Part shown: positions 1 through 8,438 of the stretch, piece by piece
Layout of the letters: every line of letters begins with the position of its first letter
Position numbering within the stretch: the stretch's first letter is position 1
Notes under the pieces: generated by a model
The model's input: the letters and a program-made list of their open reading frames with translations, nothing else
Told to the model about the DNA's origin: nothing
Database searches by the model: none
Program-made: the position numbers and the translations under genes
Assembly (NCBI GenBank): GCA_030615175.1
Contig: JAUWZX010000001.1
Coordinates: forward strand, 524,044 to 588,043
Origin: Candidatus Parvarchaeota archaeon
GTDB taxonomy: Archaea > Nanobdellota > Nanobdellia > WJKC01
Direction of reading: 5' to 3'
DNA length: 64,000 bases

Positions 1-510
1 CTTTCTCAGAGAACGCGTGATGAGAATACCAGGAGGGCTGCAGTTAAGTTGTTCAGTAAGTATTCAACGCCTAAAGCCCTGAGCAAGGCGCCAGTAAGCA
101 GGGTGGAGTTCTTGATTAAGGATTCAGGGTTTTACAGGGTGAAGGCGAGGAGGGTTAAGGAAATCGCGCAGCACGTTGCAGTGCATGGCATGCCAGAGAC
201 GTTTGATGAATTAATGAAGCTTCCTGGTGTTGGCAGGAAGACGGCTAACTGCGTTCTCGTTTATGGTTACGGAGTGCCTGCCATCCCTGTTGACGTTCAT
301 GTTCACAGAATCTCGAACAGGTTGGGACTCGTGTGCACTAAATCGCCTGAGCAGACTGAGATGGAGTTAATGAATTTACTGCCTGAGAGGTATTGGCTTG
401 AATTAAATGAATTACTAGTTAAGTTCGGTCAGAGGATTTGCAAGCCAGTGAAGCCTTCATGCAGTGAGTGCATGCTTAGAATTGATTGTGATTACTATAA
501 AAGTCTTTAG
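1..510 (+). CDS. nth: Endonuclease III (Nth), 5' end outside window
   Basis: Frame 1 is open from nt 1 (LSQRTRDENT...). It has the helix-hairpin-helix motif LPGVGRKTANCVL and a C-terminal 4Fe-4S ligand pattern C-x6-C-x2-C-x5-C (CKPVKPSCSECMLRIDC). Confidence 0.85.
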   Translation, partial: LSQRTRDENTRRAAVKLFSKYSTPKALSKAPVSRVEFLIKDSGFYRVKARRVKEIAQHVAVHGMPETFDELMKLPGVGRKTANCVLVYGYGVPAIPVDVHVHRISNRLGLVCTKSPEQTEMELMNLLPERYWLELNELLVKFGQRICKPVKPSCSECMLRIDCDYYKSL

Positions 511-1133
511 CATCCGCCCTGTACTGCCCCGGCAGTTCCGCTTAACTGAACACTGCAACCGCTTAAGTCAGGGTTAACTGAGCAGATTACTTGCTGGAAA
601 CCAGCAGCGCTCCTGGGACCATTATACCTTGCGTTATCAATATATATTGTTGGGCTGCCACTAATGCTTAACTCCCTGGCTCTTTCAATATTCTTGCTAA
701 GCAATTCAGCGCCTTCAGCGCCCTGATAACAAGTGCTTATAATATTAACATTCATTCCTGCCTCCTCAGCGCATGACCTCCATATAGCACCTGCATTACG
801 GTAATTCTTGTTAATGCACATTATGTAATCCATGTAATTAGCAGGGTAGTATTTTATAGCGCAAATCTGCCTTAAATCTTCATCATTATTATCAGCAATG
901 AATTGTAATCTGAAGTCAAGGTCAGCGCCGAATGCGTTAATAACTTCAGGCATTAAGTTTTCAGCCTGAACTCCGTAAGAGCACTGGCTCATAACGAATA
1001 ATTCAAACTTGACTGCGCCAGGATTAAGGATTACTGCCTGACCAGTAATTCCAGGGAAGTCTGTGAATCCGCCGGTTAGTATTGATAATACGAGTATAAT
1101 GCTTAGTATTGCGTAGGATATTAAATACTTCAT
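507..1133 (-). CDS. Secreted/membrane-anchored thioredoxin-fold (DsbA/GILT-like) protein with single-Cys motif CSYG
   Basis: N-terminal hydrophobic signal/anchor. FVMSQCSYG sits where DsbA/GILT-like proteins carry CxxC. The C-terminal GSPTIYID resembles the cis-Pro loop region of a thioredoxin fold. Confidence 0.45.
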   Translation of the reverse strand: MKYLISYAILSIILVLSILTGGFTDFPGITGQAVILNPGAVKFELFVMSQCSYGVQAENLMPEVINAFGADLDFRLQFIADNNDEDLRQICAIKYYPANYMDYIMCINKNYRNAGAIWRSCAEEAGMNVNIISTCYQGAEGAELLSKNIERARELSISGSPTIYIDNARYNGPRSAAGFQQVICSVNPDLSGCSVQLSGTAGAVQGGC

Positions 1134-1226
1134 AAGGAATTGATTAAAAGTAATTAGTATTTAAATTTTATGAATTATACATGTCATCCTAAAGATTAAT
1201 AAATTTAGGAAGGATTATGCATTGTT

Positions 1227-1796
1227 ATGGATGAGGATTCTGAAAAGTATAATAACAAAATAGAATTTGAGTTAGTGGTTGCACCGAAATATGGCAGTAA
1301 ATTCTTTAAAGAATATAGGACGGGCTTGGTTGGATTAGAATTTGACGCGTTGCATAGCTTGATTGGAAAGATTGAAAAATTATTTAATATTAATGAAGAG
1401 AATCGTAATAATTTTAGTTTAGAGGAAGAATTATTGGAGAATAATTTGCAGTGCGCTAGAATGACTTACAGTGAAGATGATAAGGAGTTATTAGAAATTA
1501 ATCTTTCATTAAGGAATGATGAAAGCCGTAATTCATACACTCTTAAAGTATTTAAGAAAATTGAAAGTGAATCAGGAGAGGATGAAAAGAGGTTTAAGAA
1601 ATTCTTTAAAAACCTTATAAAAAAAGGCTATGAAGTTAAGGAAAAATTTAATGTGCATAAATATGATTTAACAGTTAGTCTTAAATCAAATAATTACAAG
1701 GAAGCAAGTAATCGCATGAAGCAATTAAGCAGGTACTTTCTTAACTATTTTAGAGTAACTGAGTTTCCGAAATATGAAGAAAAACTTGATGAATAA
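1227..1796 (+). CDS. Hypothetical protein (Lys/Glu-rich)
   Basis: 189-aa ORF in an otherwise empty interval. No recognisable motif. Confidence 0.4.
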   Translation: MDEDSEKYNNKIEFELVVAPKYGSKFFKEYRTGLVGLEFDALHSLIGKIEKLFNINEENRNNFSLEEELLENNLQCARMTYSEDDKELLEINLSLRNDESRNSYTLKVFKKIESESGEDEKRFKKFFKNLIKKGYEVKEKFNVHKYDLTVSLKSNNYKEASNRMKQLSRYFLNYFRVTEFPKYEEKLDE

Positions 1797-1874
1797 TTTA
1801 TTTCTTCTTCTTTTAATATTATCCCCACCTGATTAGAAAGACTTATATAAACATTTTAACTAAGGTTTTCAGTA

Positions 1875-3074
1875 ATGACTAAGAGAGAATTAGTTAAGGA
1901 AGTGATAAGTAAGTATTCTAAGGATGAATTGCTTGAATTAACTAATTCAGCGCCTAGAACTCCTTTAAAAGTTATGAAGAAGAAGTTGTTAAGGCTTAAA
2001 ACAAGTGAGTTAGAATCTTTATTGGGCAGTCAGAAACTTATTTACAGGTTAAACATTAAGGCTTTGCCAATTATTGCGTTAGCAGCACTAATCATGATTA
2101 GTGTTTTAACTCAAGGCTTCAGGTTCCCTCAAGCAGCTGCAGACACTAATGTAGGAGAAAGTGCCAGTTCAACTATCAATGTAATGGTGACTTACTTAAC
2201 TGATATGTCATGCAGTGAGTGTTATGATGTGAACATTAATTCAGAAATCCTTAGAGGCCAGTTCGGTTTGAAATTAACTGAGAGTTATGTTGACGCTGGC
2301 AGTGATGAGGGCCAAGAGTTAATAAATAAGTATAAAATAACTAGATATCCTACTTTCATACTCTCTAGTGATGCTATGGACAGCGAGTTGCTTTCTAACG
2401 TCTGGGCTAGTGTTGGCTCAGTTGAGAGTGATGGCGCATTAGTCTTCAGGGTGCCAGAGTTATTCGAGACAGAAGGTAATTACCAGTTAGTTCTTCCTGA
2501 CGGTACAGTAACTGAGGTTGAGTACGTGCCTCCTGTTGTTAATGCATCAATTGATGATGATTCATTGCTTGGCAATGAGTCAGCGCCAGTAACTATTGTA
2601 ATGTTCTCTGAATTTCAATGCCCTTTCTCAGGAAAGTTTGCAAATGAAGTTTTCCCTGAATTAAAGACAAGATTTATTGATAGTGGAATCGTGAACATTG
2701 TGTTCAGGGATTTCCCGCTGGGTTTTCACCCATTAGCTCATAATATTTCAGAAGCAGCTGAGTGCGCTCACGAGCAGGGATTTTTCTGGGAATTCCATGA
2801 TGAGTTATTCATTGAACAGGAATCAATTAGTGAAACGCGCTTCATAGAATTAGCTAATAATCTTGGCTTAAACATGATTCAATTCACTGATTGCTATGAG
2901 AGCGGCAAGTATTATGATGAGGTTGATAATGACTTGAATGATGGGTTGGATTATGGAGTTACTGGCACGCCAACATTCTTCATTAATGGTCACTTAATAG
3001 TCGGCGCCCTTCCAATAGAAGAATTTGAGAATGTAATTAATTATGCTTTAAGCGAGTTAAACTTAACTAATTAG
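1875..3074 (+). CDS. Membrane-anchored DsbA-family thioredoxin-domain protein, active site CPFS
   Basis: One TM segment (LPIIALAALIMISVL). The C-terminal domain shows the DsbA pattern VTIVMFSEFQCPFSGKF ... GVTGTPTFFINGHLIVGALP. The second active-site Cys is replaced by Ser. Confidence 0.7.
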   Translation: MTKRELVKEVISKYSKDELLELTNSAPRTPLKVMKKKLLRLKTSELESLLGSQKLIYRLNIKALPIIALAALIMISVLTQGFRFPQAAADTNVGESASSTINVMVTYLTDMSCSECYDVNINSEILRGQFGLKLTESYVDAGSDEGQELINKYKITRYPTFILSSDAMDSELLSNVWASVGSVESDGALVFRVPELFETEGNYQLVLPDGTVTEVEYVPPVVNASIDDDSLLGNESAPVTIVMFSEFQCPFSGKFANEVFPELKTRFIDSGIVNIVFRDFPLGFHPLAHNISEAAECAHEQGFFWEFHDELFIEQESISETRFIELANNLGLNMIQFTDCYESGKYYDEVDNDLNDGLDYGVTGTPTFFINGHLIVGALPIEEFENVINYALSELNLTN

Positions 3075-3126
3075 TTTACCATTTTTTTAACAGTAATCTT
3101 TTTATTATTAACTGACTCTATTAACC

Positions 3127-4686
3127 ATGCACTCAATAGAAGGTTTTGATTCTAAACCAGAAGGTTATGAAGCAGGGAAAACCAAGTTCATAATTATTAC
3201 TGGAAGCGTTATTTCAGGCGTTGGTAAGGGCGTTATTTCAGCCAGTATTGGACGATTATTTGAGTCAGCAGGATTAAAGGTATTCCCATTCAAGTTTGAT
3301 GGTTACTTAAACATTAATGCTGGCAGTCTTAACCCGTTCAGGCATGGTGAAGTATTCATACTTGAGGATGGAAGCATGTGTGACATGGATTTAGGGACTT
3401 ATGAGCGGTTCTTGAACACTAATCTTTCAAAAAATAATTACTTGACTGCAGGGCAGTTATTCCAGTACATTCTTGATAAAGAGAAGAATGGTGGTTACAA
3501 TGGCAGGGATGTTCAATTCATCCCTCACGTTACTGGAGAAATCAAGAAATTGTTAAGGGAGCGCAGCAAGGGCTTTGATGTTATGCTTGTTGAAGTTGGA
3601 GGCACTGTAGGTGATATTGAGAACAGTTATTTTATTGAGGCAATAAGGGAATTAGTGATTGAGGAGGGAAGTAATAATGTTTTAGTGATTAACGTGACTT
3701 ACGTTATCGAGCCAACGAGTCTTAACGAGCAGAAAAGCAAGGCAGCTCAGTTAGGGATTAAGCAGTTAATGAAGCAGGGTTTAAAGCCTGACATTATAAT
3801 TATAAGGAGTACTAACCCGGTTACTGACAGCATTAAAGAAAAGATTAGTGTTTACTCTAGCACGCCTTTAAGAAATGTTTTCGGGCTTCATGACTTGAAA
3901 TTAGTTTACGAGTCTCCGTTAATACTTGAGGCGCAGGGTTTTTTTGAAGTTGTTAAGGAGCGTTTTAGTATTAAATCAGAGCCTGATATGAGTGATTGGA
4001 AGGATTTTGTTCATAAATCATTAAATCCGAAGCATGAAATTAAAGTAATGATTGCTGGTGAATGCACAAATGTTTCTGATGGTTATGCAAGCATTATTGA
4101 GGCATTAATTCATGCTGGAGCAAGTAATGATTTAAACGTTAATTATGAATTAATTGACACAACGAGACATGATTGTGATGCTGTTAAAGAAAAAATGTCA
4201 GGTTTTAATGGTTTAATACTGCCAGATGATTTCAGCAGTCATTATGATGCTGGCTGGACTGAATTAATAAGGGCTGCCAGGGAGTCAGGAAAACCGTTCT
4301 TAGGGTTAAGTTATGGAACGCAGTTAGTTATTAATGAGTTTGCGCGTAATGTTTGCGGTTTAAAAAAAGTTAAGGAATCATCAGTCATCATTAATGAATC
4401 AGGCGCTTGTAAAACAATTTTAAAAGAAGGCAGTTTTGCTCAGTCAATTTATAATGATTCAGTTATTATTGAGCGTTACAGGCAACAGTATGAGGTTGAT
4501 GCAGGTTTAGTTAAGAGTCTTGAATCAAATGGTCTGGTGTTCTCAGGAGGGTTTAATATTATTGAATTAAGCAATCATCCTTTCTTTATTGCAACCCAGT
4601 TCCATCCTGAACTCACGAGCAAGCCTTTAAAGCCTAATCCTTTATTTAACGGTTTTGTTAAGGCATGTTTAGATAACGCCGAGTAA
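3127..4686 (+). CDS. pyrG: CTP synthase, divergent glutaminase domain
   Basis: Synthetase-domain motifs are present: KFIIITGSVISGVGKG, HGEVFILEDG, DLGTYERF, FIPHVTGEIK, EVGGTVGDIE. The C-terminal class I GATase has QFHPE, but the nucleophile elbow reads GLSYGTQ (Ser instead of Cys). Confidence 0.9.
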   Translation: MHSIEGFDSKPEGYEAGKTKFIIITGSVISGVGKGVISASIGRLFESAGLKVFPFKFDGYLNINAGSLNPFRHGEVFILEDGSMCDMDLGTYERFLNTNLSKNNYLTAGQLFQYILDKEKNGGYNGRDVQFIPHVTGEIKKLLRERSKGFDVMLVEVGGTVGDIENSYFIEAIRELVIEEGSNNVLVINVTYVIEPTSLNEQKSKAAQLGIKQLMKQGLKPDIIIIRSTNPVTDSIKEKISVYSSTPLRNVFGLHDLKLVYESPLILEAQGFFEVVKERFSIKSEPDMSDWKDFVHKSLNPKHEIKVMIAGECTNVSDGYASIIEALIHAGASNDLNVNYELIDTTRHDCDAVKEKMSGFNGLILPDDFSSHYDAGWTELIRAARESGKPFLGLSYGTQLVINEFARNVCGLKKVKESSVIINESGACKTILKEGSFAQSIYNDSVIIERYRQQYEVDAGLVKSLESNGLVFSGGFNIIELSNHPFFIATQFHPELTSKPLKPNPLFNGFVKACLDNAE

Positions 4687-5796
4687 TTCAAGAGTTGTGA
4701 ATACTAATCCTAAGCCCAGAATTACTCCTACCAGTATCATGCCTGCCCTGCCAAAGGGTGTTACGAATGCCGGTTTATCTCCTTTAACTTTCCTTGCCTT
4801 GTTAATCGTGAGTATTATCAGGAATCCTGTCAGCGTGCCCGTGTAAGCTCCAGTAATGAGTATTGGCTGGATGAACTGTAAGTCAAAAGTTATTGCAATA
4901 ATTAATGGCACACTGATTGTTAAGAACCAGCTTGACATCTTGCTAAGCCCTAAATCATAGTGAAACATATTCCTAATCGCTAACCCTAATCCCAGGAAAC
5001 TCGTGGTCATGCCGAAGATGGCGATTCCGCTGCCGAATAAGCCTAAACCATTAGTTATTGATTCAGTTGCTACTTGCTGGACTTCACTTCCATACACCCC
5101 GATGAATGTGAATGAGAATATTAAGTAAATAATAGTGCTTAGCGTCATTGCAATAATTATTGATTCATCAATGTTTATCCGGTGCTTTGTAAGGACTTGC
5201 TCTAATTCAGGCATTACTGAGAAGCCAGTTAATGCGAAGAAGATGACTCCGAAAGGATAGAAGAATGAAGCGTAATCACTTACTAACACGTTATTAATGT
5301 CTGCGGCAGGTATTATCATTAAGCAAATAATTGTTATTAGTAGTCCGAGGATTATTGTTAGCGCTAATTGGAATCGTTCAACAACTTTTAACCCGTATAG
5401 TATTGGCATGCCAATGAGTGCTGTGAATAATATTTTATAAAGCAGTGCGCCCCCGCCCATTAAGTGATTAAGCGTGTCTGAGATGCCGATAACGTAGCTG
5501 ATTAGTGCTCCGTAAATTCCTATGATGAATAGTATTATTGCAGCAGTCTTGTACTTCTTGCCCATGTAGTTAGCAACTAAGCCGGGTAACTGGTATATGT
5601 TATGGCAGCGCAGCGCTGTTTCTGCCAAGTAAAGCATTAATAGTGTCATGCAGAAAGCAATTATTAGTGTCAGAATTAGTCCTGGAATGAATCCTGACAT
5701 GCTGATGGCGTATGGCAGTCCGAGTATTCCTGCTCCAACTACTGTGCCCATTATTATTGCTACTGCATATAGTACTCCTTGAGTTTTGCTGTTCAT
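4669..5796 (-). CDS. Amino acid permease (HAAAP / Trp-Tyr permease-like family)
   Basis: Polytopic membrane protein. The N-terminus GVLYAVAIIMGTVVGAGILGLPYAISMSGF matches the conserved start of Mtr/TyrP/TnaB-type permeases. Confidence 0.75.
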   Translation of the reverse strand: MNSKTQGVLYAVAIIMGTVVGAGILGLPYAISMSGFIPGLILTLIIAFCMTLLMLYLAETALRCHNIYQLPGLVANYMGKKYKTAAIILFIIGIYGALISYVIGISDTLNHLMGGGALLYKILFTALIGMPILYGLKVVERFQLALTIILGLLITIICLMIIPAADINNVLVSDYASFFYPFGVIFFALTGFSVMPELEQVLTKHRINIDESIIIAMTLSTIIYLIFSFTFIGVYGSEVQQVATESITNGLGLFGSGIAIFGMTTSFLGLGLAIRNMFHYDLGLSKMSSWFLTISVPLIIAITFDLQFIQPILITGAYTGTLTGFLIILTINKARKVKGDKPAFVTPFGRAGMILVGVILGLGLVFTTLELLGVI

Positions 5797-5881
5797 TAGT
5801 AAATAATAATAGTGCTTGAGTATTTATTTCTTTTATTCTTTTTCATAGAACACTAAGTCCTTATCTGTTAGTAGTCGTGAT

Positions 5882-6592
5882 TTAAAAATTTATTATTTTA
5901 TATTTCCCGTTTGTAATCCTTATTTCATCATCAGGATTTAATTCTTTTTCATACTTTCTTCCATCAATTGATATGAATGCATCGTCCTTTATCTTAACTT
6001 TTACTTCATAACCTTCAGGCAGTTCCCTGCAGTCACTGAACCCGTAATTGCTTGCAATTGATGCTATGCCGTCTCCTTTGAATTTTGCATTATCATTATG
6101 TAGTAATTTTTTCAGGAAGCCTGAGTAACCGTATTCAGTGTAAATGAATAATGCGCTTCCAGAAGTAAGTATTGGTTTTTCATTATTAATTATTAATTCA
6201 TACTTGAAAGTCCCTCCCCACCGCGGAGCACTTATTATTATTTCATTAACAGCGCAGTCAGTGAATTCATTGTTTAATTCTGCTTTAATCTTGTTTCTTT
6301 CACTGACTTTGTATTCATTATTCTTTAATTTCTCAGCGTGGTTTGACCATTCATTAATATTGCAGTAGCAATGAGCTCCAACTGAATTCATTGACCGCAC
6401 GCCGATAATCTTGTCAAAACTTACAAGCGAAACTGATTTCGCGAAAGTGCCGTCCCCTCCAACACTGATTAATTCATCAATAAAGGTTCCTTCATAAGCA
6501 TCCAAGTCAATGAGCATTGTATCTTCTTCTAAACTCTTTAGAATTCTTTCAGCTAATTCCTTGTTCTTCTTAAAGTAACTGATTCCAATCAT
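5882..6592 (-). CDS. NAD kinase-like protein (divergent)
   Basis: Has the GGDGT motif (LISVGGDGTFAKS) and an NE motif (AVNEIIIS). A degenerate equivalent of GDG..STPTGSTAY is present (SGSALFIYTEYGYSGF). Confidence 0.55.
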   Translation of the reverse strand: MIGISYFKKNKELAERILKSLEEDTMLIDLDAYEGTFIDELISVGGDGTFAKSVSLVSFDKIIGVRSMNSVGAHCYCNINEWSNHAEKLKNNEYKVSERNKIKAELNNEFTDCAVNEIIISAPRWGGTFKYELIINNEKPILTSGSALFIYTEYGYSGFLKKLLHNDNAKFKGDGIASIASNYGFSDCRELPEGYEVKVKIKDDAFISIDGRKYEKELNPDDEIRITNGKYKIINF

Positions 6593-6689
6593 TAATGTTA
6601 ATTATTTATCTGATGAACTTTAAAAAACCTTTGATAATTAGGGATAAATTTAAAAAACTAAAAGCATATTAAAAGGTTTAGAGAATTAT

Positions 6690-6764
6690 GCTCCTGTAGT
6701 CTAGTCCGGTCAAGGATGCCGGCCTCTCGAGTCGGGGACCCGGGTTCAAATCCCGGCGGGAGCA
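6690..6764 (+). tRNA. tRNA-Glu (anticodon CUC), no intron, CCA not encoded
   Basis: Acceptor GCTCCTG/CGGGAGC. Anticodon arm CCGGC-CTCTCGA-GTCGG. T arm CCGGG-TTCAAAT-CCCGG. Discriminator A. Confidence 0.9.
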
Positions 6765-6767
6765 TTC

Positions 6768-6773
6768 TTTTTT
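6768..6773 (+). terminator. Oligo-T tract directly after tRNA-Glu
   Basis: A TTTTTT run begins 4 nt after the tRNA 3' end. Archaeal RNA polymerase terminates at oligo-T. Confidence 0.4.
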
Positions 6774-6780
6774 CTTATTT

Positions 6781-7305
6781 ATGGAAAAGTATTTAATTCA
6801 TTTCTTTTCTCATAATCTTTTTATGGACATAAAATGTTTAACAGGGCTTGAGGAATCAGGATTTAAGAAGCCTGATTGCGTGGCAGTGTTAGGATTAAAC
6901 CTTCATAATTTTATTGCAGAGATATCATTGTGTTCTGAGAATGAGTTGCCTTCAGATTTAGATCTTCTTGAGATTTACAGGAGTGAGGATAAGCATGAGT
7001 TAAGAAGGATTTTTGCAGGGTTATGCTTGGAAAAGTGTGGTTTACGCCTTCCGGAATCCACTCATGAGGAGAGAGTTAGGGTTGCGGATGAATTCTTAGA
7101 GAAAATTAATGGACTTGATTATATTATTTCAAGTCATTTATTTGGTTCTGTTTCAACTAATCAGGATAATGAACTTAGTGATGTTGACATAAAAGTGTTT
7201 AGGAATTACTGTCCTGGCATTAAGGATTGCAGGATACCTGACTTGCTTAAGAGTGAGGATTACAAGCTCATTGACCTTTCATGCTATCCAGGCAAGCAAA
7301 AATGA
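6781..7305 (+). CDS. Nucleotidyltransferase-domain protein (Pol-beta superfamily motif near C-terminus)
   Basis: HLFGSVSTNQDNELSDVDIKVF fits the minimal nucleotidyltransferase signature G-S-x(9-12)-[DE]-x-[DE]. The roughly 115-aa N-terminal region is unassigned. Confidence 0.5.
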   Translation: MEKYLIHFFSHNLFMDIKCLTGLEESGFKKPDCVAVLGLNLHNFIAEISLCSENELPSDLDLLEIYRSEDKHELRRIFAGLCLEKCGLRLPESTHEERVRVADEFLEKINGLDYIISSHLFGSVSTNQDNELSDVDIKVFRNYCPGIKDCRIPDLLKSEDYKLIDLSCYPGKQK

Positions 7306-7334
7306 TTTAATATTTTAAAGGATTATTTATTGTT

Positions 7335-7925
7335 ATGAGAGATGTTGGAAGGATTAAGCGGGTGCTGAACTTAATTGAAGAGATATGGTTATTGCAGCCT
7401 GATTTAAGATTAGGGCAGTTGCTTGAGAATCTTTGTTTATTCCCAAAGCAGGCGAATAATCATTTCATGTTATGGTTTCAGGATGATGACGTGACAGAAG
7501 GGAAGTTAGAGCAATGGCTTAAGGATAATCCTTACACGAGTAAAAGCAAGGATTATGTGGAGATTAATGATTTATTCGTGCCTGAAGTTGGGAAGTTAAG
7601 GCAATGGCTTAAGGATAATCCTTACACGAGTAATAGTGATTTATTAGATGAGGATTCACTTAAAGTCTTATCAGACAGGGATTCATATAAGGTTTTCCTA
7701 ACTTTATTCGCCACTTATGAACCATTAACTTACGAGTCATTAGGGAAGGCATTGCCTTGCACTGAATGCTTGAAGGAGAAGTTAGATTCATTGATTAAAG
7801 CGGGTTTAGTGAAGGAGGATGGGAATCTTTATGAACTAAGTGATAAGGGGTTGTATTTCACTGAAAAAACTCCTTTACATCATGTTAGAAAAAGTTTTAA
7901 TGAATTATTCAAAAGGTTATCGTGA
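7335..7925 (+). CDS. Hypothetical protein with internal duplicated segment and C-terminal winged-helix-like region
   Basis: The N-terminus IKRVLNLIEEIWLLQPDLRLGQLLENL resembles YihD/DUF1040-type helices. Tandem peptide repeat KL[EQ/RQ]WLKDNPYTS. C-terminal KLDSLIKAGLVKEDGNLYELSDKG is wHTH-like. Confidence 0.5.
   Translation: MRDVGRIKRVLNLIEEIWLLQPDLRLGQLLENLCLFPKQANNHFMLWFQDDDVTEGKLEQWLKDNPYTSKSKDYVEINDLFVPEVGKLRQWLKDNPYTSNSDLLDEDSLKVLSDRDSYKVFLTLFATYEPLTYESLGKALPCTECLKEKLDSLIKAGLVKEDGNLYELSDKGLYFTEKTPLHHVRKSFNELFKRLS
7500..7633 (+). repeat. Two 44-nt direct repeats (7500-7543 and 7590-7633, 42/44 identical), in frame within CDS 7335-7925
   Basis: GGGAAGTTA[GA/AG]GCAATGGCTTAAGGATAATCCTTACACGAGTAA is read twice, with starts 90 nt apart. 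Confidence 0.9.
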
Positions 7926-7939
7926 ATAGTGCGATAAGC

Positions 7940-7947
7940 ATATAAAT
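7940..7947 (+). promoter_or_regulatory. Putative TATA box for tRNA-Leu
   Basis: ATATAAAT is centred about 30 nt upstream of the tRNA 5' end. tRNA-Pro and tRNA-Met have similarly spaced elements. Confidence 0.4.
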
Positions 7948-7973
7948 ACTGGTACATACTTTATTGAATTAAT

Positions 7974-8113
7974 GCGGGGGTGGCGGAGCTTGGTCAAACG
8001 TGTCGGGCTTAGGACCCGATGGCTTAGTGCCTGCAAGGGTTCAAACAACCCTTTTTGGAAAAAGCGTTGACGGAAAAACTTCCAGGGTTTTGAAAATCCC
8101 TTCCCCCGCACCA
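7974..8113 (+). tRNA. tRNA-Leu (anticodon UAG) with a 51-nt intron in the T-loop (59/60); CCA encoded
   Basis: Acceptor GCGGGGG/CCCCCGC. Anticodon arm TCGGG-CTTAGGA-CCCGA. Long variable arm (TGGCTTAGTGCCTGC). The T arm AAGGG-TTCAAA (8035-8045) is separated from T-CCCTT (8097-8102) by the intron 8046-8096. A BHB-like motif can be drawn. The 3' end is ACCA. Confidence 0.85.
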
Positions 8114-8116
8114 TAA

Positions 8117-8121
8117 TTTTT
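8117..8121 (+). terminator. Oligo-T tract after tRNA-Leu
   Basis: TTTTT lies 4 nt after the encoded CCA. Confidence 0.3.
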
Positions 8122-8140
8122 AAATACTTTATTATTTATT

Positions 8141-8407
8141 TTGATAGTTATGTCATTAGTCACTATAATGAAGGATGGGTATAAGTTAGGGTTATTTCAG
8201 AGCGGGCAATTCGTTTTTTACAGGCAGCAGGAAGGCAGGGAGGAAAGGCTTCCGTCTGGATTAATTTACTCTATTCCGGATTATGTTCCATACATTGCAA
8301 GTAATTTTAATAAGAATGTAATTCCCAAAGCAGTCTTTGATGAATTATCAGGAGTACTGGTTAAGTACTGTAAGGAGAAGTACTGGGATAAGAGAATAAT
8401 AAAATAA
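8141..8407 (+). CDS. Hypothetical protein
   Basis: 88-aa ORF with no motif recognised. Confidence 0.35.
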   Translation: MIVMSLVTIMKDGYKLGLFQSGQFVFYRQQEGREERLPSGLIYSIPDYVPYIASNFNKNVIPKAVFDELSGVLVKYCKEKYWDKRIIK

Positions 8408-8438
8408 ATAAGAATTAATAATGATTACTAGTGTGAAT

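Noticed and set aside
7917-8114. 65-aa minus-strand ORF from the track
   Set aside because: It lies entirely antisense to the intron-containing tRNA-Leu gene. The GC-rich tRNA sequence explains the open frame.
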